IMG/VR virus record: IMGVR_UViG_3300025771_003046
Reading direction: 5' to 3' (one strand)
Length of the DNA: 64,000 nucleotides
Origin: an uncultured virus (IMG/VR IMGVR_UViG_3300025771_003046)
Lineage: Duplodnaviria > Heunggongvirae > Uroviricota > Caudoviricetes
Positions within the stretch are counted from its first letter, which is position 1. Each line of letters starts with the position of its first letter. The translations under genes were made by a program, and so were the position numbers. Below the pieces are notes generated by a model. It ran no database searches and had not been told where the DNA came from. It worked only from the letters and a program-made list of their open reading frames with translations. Positions 18,507-26,686 of this stretch are shown one piece after another.

Positions 18507-20252
18507 ATGTCTTGGAAAAAATATTTTACACCAGTACCAACTGTAAATAACCCTAGTGGAAGCTATAGTCCATTTAGTAATCGCAACTCTGGTAGTATGC
18601 CTGGTCCTGCTAGATCAAACTATTCGAGTTATTTGCCTGATGTATATGTTGGTACACCTAATCGTGTTGAACGTTATGGCCAGTACAACACAATGGATCT
18701 TGATTCAGAGGTTAATGCTGCTTTAGATATCCTTGCAGAGTTTTGTTCTCAACTTAATGATCAAAACGGTACACATTTTATAACTGAATTTAATAAAAAG
18801 GCAACAAATACTGAAGTTACAATACTTGCCCAGTATCTAAAGCAATGGTGTAAGATACAAAAATTTGATACACGTATGTTTAGAATACTAAGAAATGTAT
18901 TCAAGTACGGTGACCAAATTTTTATTAGAGATCCAGAAACTAGAAAATGGTTTCATACTGATCCATCTAATGTAACAAAAATTATTGTTAACGAATCAGA
19001 AGGCAAAGTGCCTGAACAGTATGTTGTAAAAAACTTTAATGTAAATTTTGTAGATATGGTTGCAACAACTCCGTTTGATACTAACGGTAATGTAACAGGC
19101 GGCGGCAGTGGACATTTAACTGGCGGTGTTAGAGGAATGGTTGGTAATAACCCAATTAACAACGGCAACCGTTGGCAAAATGAAGAAAATGAAATTACAG
19201 TTGATGCAAAACATGTAGTGCATTTAAGTTTATCAGAAGGCTTAGATAAAAATTATCCGTTTGGTAATTCACTATTAGAAACTGTATTTAAAGTATACAA
19301 ACAAAAAGAATTACTTGAAGATGCGATTATTATCTATCGTGTTCAACGTGCTCCTGAGCGCAGAGTATTCTACGTTGATGTGGGTAACATGCCATCACAC
19401 CTTGCTATGCAGTTTGTGGAGCGTGTAAAGACCGAAATTCACCAAAGAAGAATCCCATCGGCGACTGGAGGAGGGCAAAATGTCATAGACAGTTCTTATA
19501 ATCCTCTGTCAATTAACGAAGACTACTTCTTTCCACAAACGGCTGAGGGCCGTGGATCTAAAGTTGAGACATTGCCAGGTGGAACTAATCTAGGAGAAAT
19601 TGATGACCTTAGATATTTTACTAACAAGTTAGTTCGCGGCTTGCGTATTCCGTCAAGTTATCTACCTACTGGTGCAGATGATGCAAGTAGCCAATATAAT
19701 GACGGTAGAGTAGGAACAGCATACATTCAAGAATTAAGATTTAATACATATTGTGAACGTTTACAAGGATTAGTTGCTGAGCAGTTTGATACTGAGTTTA
19801 AACGTTATGTATTAGAAAAAGGTGTAAACATAGATACAAATATGTTTCAACTTAAATTCCAACCACCGCAGAACTTTGCAAGTTATAGACAGAGTGAAAT
19901 TGATAATGCACGAGTGCCTACGTATACACAAATGGCAGCACTGCCTTACATTTCAAATAGATTTGCTCTTGATAGATTCTTAGGTTTATCAGCTGAAGAG
20001 ATTGCAGAAAATGAACGCTTATGGCGTGAAGAAAATGAAGAAACACTTGAGCCAACAGCAACTGACGCAGGCGGCGAAATGCGTAGTGCTGGTATAAGTA
20101 GTGCTGGTATAGAAAGTGACTTAGGCGGGATTGAAGATGTAGATGATACAGGTGAAGCACCAATACAAGGCTCGGAAGGCGATTCACCCGAAACTGCAAC
20201 AGGCGATTCGCCTATGCCAGGCGGCGGAGCAAATGCTGAGCAAACGATATAA
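18507..20252 (+). CDS. gp20: Portal vertex protein, T4 gp20-like
   Basis: LLEDAIIIYRVQRAPERRVFYVDVGNMP...EDYFFP...GRGSKVETLPGGTNLGEIDDLRYF is the gp20 signature. Confidence 0.95.
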   Translation: MSWKKYFTPVPTVNNPSGSYSPFSNRNSGSMPGPARSNYSSYLPDVYVGTPNRVERYGQYNTMDLDSEVNAALDILAEFCSQLNDQNGTHFITEFNKKATNTEVTILAQYLKQWCKIQKFDTRMFRILRNVFKYGDQIFIRDPETRKWFHTDPSNVTKIIVNESEGKVPEQYVVKNFNVNFVDMVATTPFDTNGNVTGGGSGHLTGGVRGMVGNNPINNGNRWQNEENEITVDAKHVVHLSLSEGLDKNYPFGNSLLETVFKVYKQKELLEDAIIIYRVQRAPERRVFYVDVGNMPSHLAMQFVERVKTEIHQRRIPSATGGGQNVIDSSYNPLSINEDYFFPQTAEGRGSKVETLPGGTNLGEIDDLRYFTNKLVRGLRIPSSYLPTGADDASSQYNDGRVGTAYIQELRFNTYCERLQGLVAEQFDTEFKRYVLEKGVNIDTNMFQLKFQPPQNFASYRQSEIDNARVPTYTQMAALPYISNRFALDRFLGLSAEEIAENERLWREENEETLEPTATDAGGEMRSAGISSAGIESDLGGIEDVDDTGEAPIQGSEGDSPETATGDSPMPGGGANAEQTI

Positions 20253-20255
20253 ATA
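20248..20255 (+). promoter_or_regulatory. Late promoter TATAAATA
   Basis: Exact T4-type late promoter, five nt before ATG 20261. Confidence 0.65.
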
Positions 20256-20260
20256 ATACT

Positions 20261-20509
20261 ATGATACTGAGAGAAATATTTTATTTTGATAAAGAAACTG
20301 TAGAGCCTGTAGAAGATGATCGCTACGAGCCTGAAAACGATGTGTCACCTATTGACTATGACGACACAAGAAAAACTAGACTAACTCTTAAACAAATTAA
20401 TAGAATTAGAAAAGCATCTGATTTACACGCAGAAGAAAAGAAAAAAGATCTTCAATTTGTAAGACAAATGTACGGAATGGCAGCAAACGCAGCAGCTGAA
20501 GGTGTCTAA
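20261..20509 (+). CDS. Small head-module protein (hypothetical)
   Basis: 82-aa ORF (DTRKTRLTLKQINRIRK...VRQMYG) between the portal and prohead genes. Confidence 0.7.
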   Translation: MILREIFYFDKETVEPVEDDRYEPENDVSPIDYDDTRKTRLTLKQINRIRKASDLHAEEKKKDLQFVRQMYGMAANAAAEGV

Positions 20510-21288
20510 TGGCCAAGATAGACAAGTCAAAGTATTCTAAAGAAGAATACAGACGTCTCAAAGAACAACGTAAAATTGATAAAGCTAGAGAGCGTATTGC
20601 AAAGCAAAGTGCAATAGAACGTAGTAAGCCACAACCTAACCCTACGTTAATAAAAATACAAGAACATGCACAAGAACTTGTTGAAGAAAATGTTTCAGGA
20701 ATGCGGAAAGCATTTATAATAGGCAATGGCATGAGTCGAAAGGGCATTCCTTTAGAACCTTTGAGAGCCTTTGGTAAAATGTACGGATGTAATGCAATTT
20801 ATAGAACATTCGATCCTGATTATTTAATTGCAGTAGATACTAGAATGGTTTTTGAAATTACAAAAACAGGATGGCATTTAACACGACCTTTATGGACAAA
20901 CCCTAATCGTAGTTATCGCAACATAACACATCTTAATTTGTTTGATCCAAGCAAAGGCTGGAGCAGCGGTCCGACGGCATTATGGTTAGCTAGTCAGCAT
21001 AAGCATAAAATAATTTATATATTAGGTTTTGATTATAAAGGTTTAGATGACGGTAGATTTGTAAATAATATTTTTTCGAGTACACCGAATTATAAAAAAT
21101 CTGGTGACAGGGCAACATTTTATGGCAATTGGCTTAAACAAACAGTGATTACTGTAAAAGAAAACCCTAATATTCAATATATAAGAGTAATTGACAAAGA
21201 AGGCTTTATTCCTCCTGATTTGGTAAATATTGATAACATAAAACACATTACCGTTGAAGATTTTAAAAATCGACACGGATTAATGTAG
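20509..21288 (+). CDS. Putative glycosyltransferase-like protein (MAF/DUF115/MptE-like or sialyltransferase-like fold)
   Basis: AFIIGNGMSR, GCNAIYR..PDYLIAVD, SSGPTALWLA, IYILGFDY match the GNGPS / GxN / D / SG..A / YL.GFD pattern of this superfamily. Confidence 0.6.
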   Translation: MAKIDKSKYSKEEYRRLKEQRKIDKARERIAKQSAIERSKPQPNPTLIKIQEHAQELVEENVSGMRKAFIIGNGMSRKGIPLEPLRAFGKMYGCNAIYRTFDPDYLIAVDTRMVFEITKTGWHLTRPLWTNPNRSYRNITHLNLFDPSKGWSSGPTALWLASQHKHKIIYILGFDYKGLDDGRFVNNIFSSTPNYKKSGDRATFYGNWLKQTVITVKENPNIQYIRVIDKEGFIPPDLVNIDNIKHITVEDFKNRHGLM

Positions 21289-21339
21289 TCAGATAACTGA
21301 AAATCTTGCAAATAATAGCCGTTTCAGGACTATTTCGTG

Positions 21340-21354
21340 TAAATAAAGTAAATA
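21340..21354 (+). promoter_or_regulatory. Tandem late promoter motifs for the head operon
   Basis: TAAATA at 21340-21345 and 21349-21354, followed by hairpin ATACCG-AGTAAA-CGGTAT (21368-21385) and SD AGGAGA. Confidence 0.55.
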
Positions 21355-21408
21355 ATATTGACAGCCCATACCGAGTAAACGGTATTTATTTTATTGCAGG
21401 AGAAAACA

Positions 21409-22437
21409 ATGGCAGATCGTAGTAAATTTGAAGAAATGCTCGAGCTACTTGTCAACGAAGACAAAGAGCGAGCACAAGAACTATTCCACGAGATTGTGGT
21501 AGAAAAATCAAGAGATATTTATGAGTCACTACTAGAAGACGAAGAAGTTGATGAAGCATCTGATGAAGAAGTAGATGAGTCAGAAGAAGTAGATGAGTCA
21601 GAAGAAGATCTAGACGAAGCAGACGAAGAAGTAGATGAGTCTGATGATGAACTAGAAGAAGGTTTTGATCTAGACGAGTTTGAAGTAGAAGCAGACCCAA
21701 TGATGATGGGTGGCGATGCTGGCGACGACATGGAGATGGATATGGATCCAGACATGGACGACGAAGACGGCGACGACATGGACATGGACGACGAAGGTGA
21801 CATGGCCGATCGTGTTGAAGATCTAGAAGATGAATTAGAAAAACTAAAAGCAGAATTTGATTCAATGATGAACGATGATGACGCAGGCGACGAAGAAGAA
21901 GCAGGCGACGACATGGACATGGACATGGATGACAAAGAGCCAGAAGAAGGTTATGCATTTGAAGCAGCAGACGAAGAAGTTGAAGAAGCAGCAGACGAAG
22001 AAGTTGAAGAGTCAGACGAAGATCTAGACGAAGCAGCAGACGAAGAAGTTGAAGAAGGCGATAAGTCAGCAGCGGAACAAATGCGTGAGTATGTAGAAAA
22101 AGTTGCTCCGGCTAAAATGGGCGACAATGGCGCAAACACAAAATCATCTGTAGCAGGTCCAAATAATATGGGCGGAACAAGCGCAAACATTTTACGTAGC
22201 GATACTGAAAACAGTGGAGAAGCTGGCGCAGGATCAAAAATAAAAGGTTCAGCACTTAATGACCAAAACCCAAAAGACATGAACACTAAGAACATTAACG
22301 TTCCTGGTGGTAAAGCTGGCAAAACAGGATTTAAAAAATCTGAGCCAGGACACGGCGCTGAGAAAAAAGGTAAGCCGGAAACTGCTGACAAAGCCGCAGG
22401 TCCAACACTTAACAAGTTGAGCAAGCGAGCAAAGTAA
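21409..22437 (+). CDS. Highly acidic prohead core/scaffold-like protein
   Basis: D/E-rich low-complexity protein directly upstream of the prohead protease. ATG 21409 follows SD AGGAGA (the track starts at TTG 21394). Confidence 0.7.
   Translation: MADRSKFEEMLELLVNEDKERAQELFHEIVVEKSRDIYESLLEDEEVDEASDEEVDESEEVDESEEDLDEADEEVDESDDELEEGFDLDEFEVEADPMMMGGDAGDDMEMDMDPDMDDEDGDDMDMDDEGDMADRVEDLEDELEKLKAEFDSMMNDDDAGDEEEAGDDMDMDMDDKEPEEGYAFEAADEEVEEAADEEVEESDEDLDEAADEEVEEGDKSAAEQMREYVEKVAPAKMGDNGANTKSSVAGPNNMGGTSANILRSDTENSGEAGAGSKIKGSALNDQNPKDMNTKNINVPGGKAGKTGFKKSEPGHGAEKKGKPETADKAAGPTLNKLSKRAK
21541..22060 (+). repeat. Imperfect coding repeats (EAADEEVEE / EEVDES / DMDMD)
   Basis: GAAGCAGCAGACGAAGAAGTTGAAGA occurs three times between 21961 and 22056; GAAGAAGTAGATGAGTC recurs at 21565-21641. 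Confidence 0.8.
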
Positions 22438-22454
22438 GCAAGACAGGGCATTAG

Positions 22455-23075
22455 ATGAACAACTACTTACGAGAGCATTTGACATTCGATCAAGCACAAA
22501 TTGTGCTTGAGAATGCCAACGAAGGCAAAGATCTTTATATGAAAGGTATTTGCATTCAAGGTGACGTCCGTAACGCTAATCAGCGAGTATATCCTGTAAA
22601 CGAAATTGGCAGGGCTGTCAAAACGCTCAACGATCAAATCCAAAACGGATTTACCCCTCTCGGAGAGGTTGATCATCCAGATGGCTTAAATATTAACCTA
22701 GACCGTGTATGTCTCATGATTGAAAGCATGTGGATGGACGGTGCAAATGGTTATGGAAAACTAAAAATATTACCAACTCCAATGGGACAATTAGTTAAAA
22801 CTATGCTTGAAGCAGATGTTAAACTAGGCGTTTCTTCAAGAGGAGCAGGTGAAGTTGACAACAACGGTAATGTTGCTGACTTTGAAATTATCACTGTGGA
22901 CGTTGTGGCTCAGCCCAGCGCCCCCGGTGCTTACCCAACACCAATCTACGAACAATTATTAAATGCTCGTGGGGGTATGAAGGCATATGAACTAGCACAG
23001 GCAACAAAACACGATAACAAGGCACAAAAATATCTTAAGGAATCGCTGATTAACATAATCAGCAAACTCCAATAA
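22455..23075 (+). CDS. gp21: Prohead core protease, T4 gp21-like
   Basis: NANQRVYP, GEVDHP (catalytic His), LGVSSRG (catalytic Ser), DVVAQPSAPGA. Confidence 0.93.
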   Translation: MNNYLREHLTFDQAQIVLENANEGKDLYMKGICIQGDVRNANQRVYPVNEIGRAVKTLNDQIQNGFTPLGEVDHPDGLNINLDRVCLMIESMWMDGANGYGKLKILPTPMGQLVKTMLEADVKLGVSSRGAGEVDNNGNVADFEIITVDVVAQPSAPGAYPTPIYEQLLNARGGMKAYELAQATKHDNKAQKYLKESLINIISKLQ

Positions 23076-23089
23076 TAGGAGGACAATTA

Positions 23090-24187
23090 ATGTTGGACGC
23101 ACTGAAAACACTTTTTGAAAACGATGTTGTTTCGGAAGAAATCAGAGCTGAAGTTGAGGAAGCTTGGAATGCGAAGATCGTCGAGAATCGCCAACAAGTA
23201 ACCGCTGAACTACGTGAAGAGTTCGCACAGAAGTACGAGCACGATAAAAATACAATGGTGGAAGCTATTGATCAGATGTTATCAGAAGGATTAGCAAGTG
23301 AAATTGCTGAGTTTGCTGAAGATAGAAAGCAATTAGCAGAAGCTAAAGCAAAATATGCTGTAGCAATGCGTGAAAATGCTGATCTATTAAAAACATTTGT
23401 TGTAGATCAGTTACAAGGAGAAATTCAAGAACTTAGAGCAGACAAAGCAGCAATGGCTGAGTCTTATGCTAAACTTGAAGAGTTCGTTGTAGAACAGTTA
23501 GCTTCAGAGATAACAGAGTTTCATGAAGACAAAAAAGATTTAGCAGAAACAAAAGTACGTTTAGTACGTGAGGCTAAATCACACTTGGCTAAAGTTAAAA
23601 CTGACTTTATCCAAAGAAGTGCTACACTAGTATCTGAAACAGTTGCAAAGACTCTTACTAAAGAGATTAGCGCACTAAAAGAAGATATCAATGTCGCACG
23701 TAGAAACGACTTTGGTCGTAAAATATTTGAAGCATATGCAGCTGAATACACTAATTCATATTTGAATGAAAAAACTGAAACTGCAAAGCTACTAAAAGTT
23801 CTTGATACTAAAAATCAACAACTAGCAGAAGCTAAAAAGTATGCTGCAAAAGCAATTGCTATTGCAGAATCTAAAGAAGCAGAAAAACAAAGACTTCAAG
23901 AATCAGCAATAAGAGCAGAAAAAATGAATAATCTTCTTGGACCTTTAAGTAAGGACCAAAGAGAAATTATGACAGACTTACTGGAATCAGTACAAACATC
24001 AAGACTAGAATCTTCGTTTGAAAAGTACCTACCATCAGTTATTGATAGTAATACTCCAGCAAAGCAAAAGGCACCACTAATAGAGGCAAAAGAAGTAACA
24101 GGCAACCGTGAGCAATCACAAACAAGTAGTAAACAAGCAGACGACGGAAATGTTATTGACATCAAGCGTCTTGCTGGATTAAATTAA
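23090..24187 (+). CDS. Prohead scaffolding protein, T4 gp22-like
   Basis: Coiled-coil E/K/A-rich protein between the protease and MCP; FGRKIFEAY motif; SD AGGAGG. Confidence 0.8.
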   Translation: MLDALKTLFENDVVSEEIRAEVEEAWNAKIVENRQQVTAELREEFAQKYEHDKNTMVEAIDQMLSEGLASEIAEFAEDRKQLAEAKAKYAVAMRENADLLKTFVVDQLQGEIQELRADKAAMAESYAKLEEFVVEQLASEITEFHEDKKDLAETKVRLVREAKSHLAKVKTDFIQRSATLVSETVAKTLTKEISALKEDINVARRNDFGRKIFEAYAAEYTNSYLNEKTETAKLLKVLDTKNQQLAEAKKYAAKAIAIAESKEAEKQRLQESAIRAEKMNNLLGPLSKDQREIMTDLLESVQTSRLESSFEKYLPSVIDSNTPAKQKAPLIEAKEVTGNREQSQTSSKQADDGNVIDIKRLAGLN

Positions 24188-24197
24188 GGAGATTATT

Positions 24198-25379
24198 ATG
24201 TCGGAACTACTAGAAAGTCGCTGGCAGGATACGAAAACAGCACTTCTTGAAGGCCTAAATGGCAACAAGAAAAGCGTAATGGCAGCAACATTAGAAAATA
24301 CTCGCAAGTATCTTTCAGAAACTGCTACAGCTGGTGCTACATCTGCCGGTAATGTCGCAACACTAAACCGTGTAATCCTTCCAGTGATTAGACGTGTTAT
24401 GCCAACAGTTATAGCTAATGAGCTAGTTGGTGTTCAACCTATGACTGGACCAGTTGGTCAAATCCACACACTAAGAGTACGTTATGCAGATAGCATTTCT
24501 ACAAGTGGTGGCACAGACGTAACAGCTGGCGAAGAGGCTCTAAGCCCATTCAAAATTGCTGAAGCTTATTCAGGAAACGAAGGCAACCCAGGTACTGCTG
24601 ATGTAACAGCAGCTATGGAAGGTGTTGCTGGTAACAGAATGAGTATTCAGATCTTGAAACAAACTGTGGAAGCAAAGTCACGCAAGCTATCAGCTCGTTG
24701 GACTTTCGAAGCAGCTCAAGATGCTCAGTCACAGCATGGTATTGATGTTGAAGCAGAAATAATGGCTGCTCTAGCACAAGAAATTACTGCTGAGATTGAC
24801 CAAGAAGTTTTAGCTTCTTTAACTTCGCTAGCCGGTACTGCGGTTGAAACATACAACCAAGCAGCAGTATCAGGTACAGCTACATTTGTTGGTGACGAAC
24901 ATGCAGCACTTGCAGTTCAAATCAACCGCGCATCAAACCTAATCGCTCAGCGTACACGTCGCGGCGCAGGTAACTGGGCAGTTGTTTCACCATTCACACT
25001 TACACTTCTACAGTCAGCAACTACTTCGGCATTTGCTCGTACTACAGAAGGTACTTTTGAAGCACCAACAAACACTAAAATGGTTGGTACACTAAACAAC
25101 GCAATGAAAGTATATGTAAACACATATGCATCAGATGCATCACCAGTACTTATTGGGTACAAAGGTACAAGCGAATCAGACGCAGCAGCGTTTTATTGCC
25201 CGTACATCCCACTAATGAGTTCAGGTGTTGTTCTAGATCCAGGCACATTTGAGCCAACAGTATCATTCATGACTCGTTATGGATATGTTGAGCTAACAAA
25301 TACTGCTTCGTCTCTAGGTAACGCAGCTGATTATCTAGCAAAAGTTGCAATTGATAATTCAAATGTAAGCTTTAGCTAA
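24198..25379 (+). CDS. gp23: Major capsid protein, T4 gp23-like
   Basis: VIRRVMP..IANELVGVQPMTGPVGQI...VEAKSRKLSARWTFEAAQD...EITAEIDQE...AAFYCPYIPL...FMTRYG. Confidence 0.96.
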   Translation: MSELLESRWQDTKTALLEGLNGNKKSVMAATLENTRKYLSETATAGATSAGNVATLNRVILPVIRRVMPTVIANELVGVQPMTGPVGQIHTLRVRYADSISTSGGTDVTAGEEALSPFKIAEAYSGNEGNPGTADVTAAMEGVAGNRMSIQILKQTVEAKSRKLSARWTFEAAQDAQSQHGIDVEAEIMAALAQEITAEIDQEVLASLTSLAGTAVETYNQAAVSGTATFVGDEHAALAVQINRASNLIAQRTRRGAGNWAVVSPFTLTLLQSATTSAFARTTEGTFEAPTNTKMVGTLNNAMKVYVNTYASDASPVLIGYKGTSESDAAAFYCPYIPLMSSGVVLDPGTFEPTVSFMTRYGYVELTNTASSLGNAADYLAKVAIDNSNVSFS

Positions 25380-25402
25380 GTTATAGTTAATACAGATAAA
25401 AG

Positions 25403-25428
25403 ATAGGCGCTACGGCGCCTATTTTTTT
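25403..25428 (+). terminator. Rho-independent terminator after MCP
   Basis: ATAGGCGC-TACG-GCGCCTAT (cUACGg tetraloop) followed by a T run. Confidence 0.9.
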
Positions 25429-25450
25429 GACTTTTTTTCTAATAAAATGG

Positions 25451-25478
25451 TTGACATTGTCTGTATAGATGTTATATT
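25451..25478 (+). promoter_or_regulatory. Sigma70 promoter driving a non-coding transcript
   Basis: TTGACA 25451-25456, 16-nt spacer, TG-n-TATATT 25473-25478. Confidence 0.7.
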
Positions 25479-25484
25479 AGTTAC

Positions 25485-25737
25485 ATAACAAAGACGACGG
25501 TCTGAGTTAGATAGTGCAAGGAAGAGGAGTAGCAGGCTCCGAACTTGGCTCACACACTGTAGTGGTGCTAGTAGACTGTGGAGACACGGAGTGCTAGAAA
25601 AAGTAAACCTAACTAGTTTACTGTGAGGCGCCTAAGTTATTTTCGAGCGACTGTACGCTTGGGTTGTTGGTATTCGCAAGTCCAACCTATCCATATTATA
25701 AAAAAGGCCTGTTATTAACTTAGCAGGTCTTTTTTTT
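25485..25737 (+). ncRNA. Candidate stand-alone multibranch structured ncRNA (~250 nt; family not recognised)
   Basis: Own promoter and terminator, no ORF in the track. Stems: GATAG 25510/CTATC 25687; GGAGT/GCTCC 25526-25540; AACTTGG 25542/CTAAGTT 25632; CTCACA 25549/TGTGAG 25622; CTAGTA 25568/TGCTAG 25592; CTGTG-GAGA-CACGG 25576-25589 (GNRA); GTAAAC/GTTTAC 25603-25621; GAGCG/CGCTT 25645-25660; GTTGG/CCAAC 25666-25686. Confidence 0.75.
25701..25737 (+). terminator. Rho-independent (possibly bidirectional) terminator
   Basis: AAAAA-GGCCTGTTA-TTAACT-TAGCAGGTC-TTTTTTTT. Confidence 0.85.
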
Positions 25738-25744
25738 ATAAATA
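25737..25744 (+). promoter_or_regulatory. Late promoter TATAAATA
   Basis: Exact motif, four nt before ATG 25749, with no SD. Confidence 0.6.
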
Positions 25745-25748
25745 CATC

Positions 25749-26153
25749 ATGCAGGATGAATATGTATCTGCATTTTATGATGTAGTACAAGAAACTAGAC
25801 AACATACTGGTATTGAATTACCAGAAACTATTGAGCACTATGTTGTAGTCTTACTGGCATCTCATATTGATAAATCAAATTTTTTACCTTCTCATTCGTT
25901 TGCAAAATCGTTTTTACAATTAAAACAAGCAAGTGATGCAAAAACATTAGGCGATACATGTTTATTTGTAACGGGTATATTTCCAGATTACGGAATTGAT
26001 ATAGATTATTATTCAGATATAGGTAAAACTAGTTATAGTACCGTTGCTAATACACTAAATGGCGAATTATTTTCTACTTTAAGCGTACATTTTGACATTG
26101 TTAGAGATTTTATAAATTGTATTCCTAACAAACGAGATAAATACTTAGTCTAA
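25749..26153 (+). CDS. Hypothetical helical protein
   Basis: 134-aa ORF. KTLGDTCLFVTGIFP...YYSDIGKTSY recalls an uncharacterised bacterial family (from memory, unverified). Confidence 0.7.
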   Translation: MQDEYVSAFYDVVQETRQHTGIELPETIEHYVVVLLASHIDKSNFLPSHSFAKSFLQLKQASDAKTLGDTCLFVTGIFPDYGIDIDYYSDIGKTSYSTVANTLNGELFSTLSVHFDIVRDFINCIPNKRDKYLV

Positions 26154-26211
26154 AAGTGCTTCGTAAGAAGACTTATGCGGACCCACCGCGTAGACCTAGA
26201 ACGTCAAGGAG
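26136..26211 (+). promoter_or_regulatory. Late promoter plus structured 5' leader
   Basis: GATAAATA 26136-26143; CTTC-GTAA-GAAG GNRA hairpin 26159-26170; TTATGCGG-ACCCA-CCGCGTAG 26173-26193; SD AAGGAG 26206-26211. Confidence 0.55.
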
Positions 26212-26217
26212 AAAACA

Positions 26218-26676
26218 ATGGGAAGACCATTAAACAAACGATTATTTGCAGATGCTACTACAGGCCCAGGTGCAGGAGATGAAATTAAAGTAAACTTTCA
26301 CGATGGCGCAGGCGTAAAAGAAGGTTTTATTGTAAAGCAAAAAGGATCTAAAAGATTTGTATGTTCAGAAGCAGGAGCATCTGATACTGTACATACATGT
26401 GTACTAACAACTGGAAAACTACCATCAGCATTAGCAGCAGGCGAAATGTCAATATCATTTAAGATGGATGATGAAGAAACTTACACAGTAAGTAAAATTT
26501 CTGGACGTAAAGCTACATTGTCAGCACCGAGTGCAACAGGATCAAACGCCTATGACGGCGCAAGTGTAGCATGGAACTTTGCAACATCACTAGTAGACGG
26601 CGCAGCACAGGTTGAAGAAGCTGGTGCAGATGACGTTGCTAACACAGATGACGATGATTTTACTGAAGACGCATAA
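26218..26676 (+). CDS. Probable virion structural protein
   Basis: 152 aa, strong SD, late promoter; MGRPLNKRLF...GFIVKQKGSKRF. Confidence 0.7.
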   Translation: MGRPLNKRLFADATTGPGAGDEIKVNFHDGAGVKEGFIVKQKGSKRFVCSEAGASDTVHTCVLTTGKLPSALAAGEMSISFKMDDEETYTVSKISGRKATLSAPSATGSNAYDGASVAWNFATSLVDGAAQVEEAGADDVANTDDDDFTEDA

Positions 26677-26686
26677 GGATTGAGTA

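Noticed and set aside
21358..21390. TTGACA as a sigma70 -35 box upstream of the core gene
   Set aside because: No good -10 hexamer at 16-18 nt spacing; adjacent TAAATA late motifs explain expression better.
21541..22060. Direct repeats considered as a CRISPR-like array
   Set aside because: In-frame coding repeats with no constant repeat-spacer period and no cas genes.
21452..22497. Minus-strand Ser-rich and Leu/Arg-rich ORFs
   Set aside because: Artefacts of the GAA/GAC repeats in the acidic core gene.
25485..25700. tRNA or tmRNA interpretation of the post-capsid RNA (a CCA occurs at 25691-25693)
   Set aside because: No T-arm GTTCRA motif, acceptor stem or tag reading frame recognisable.
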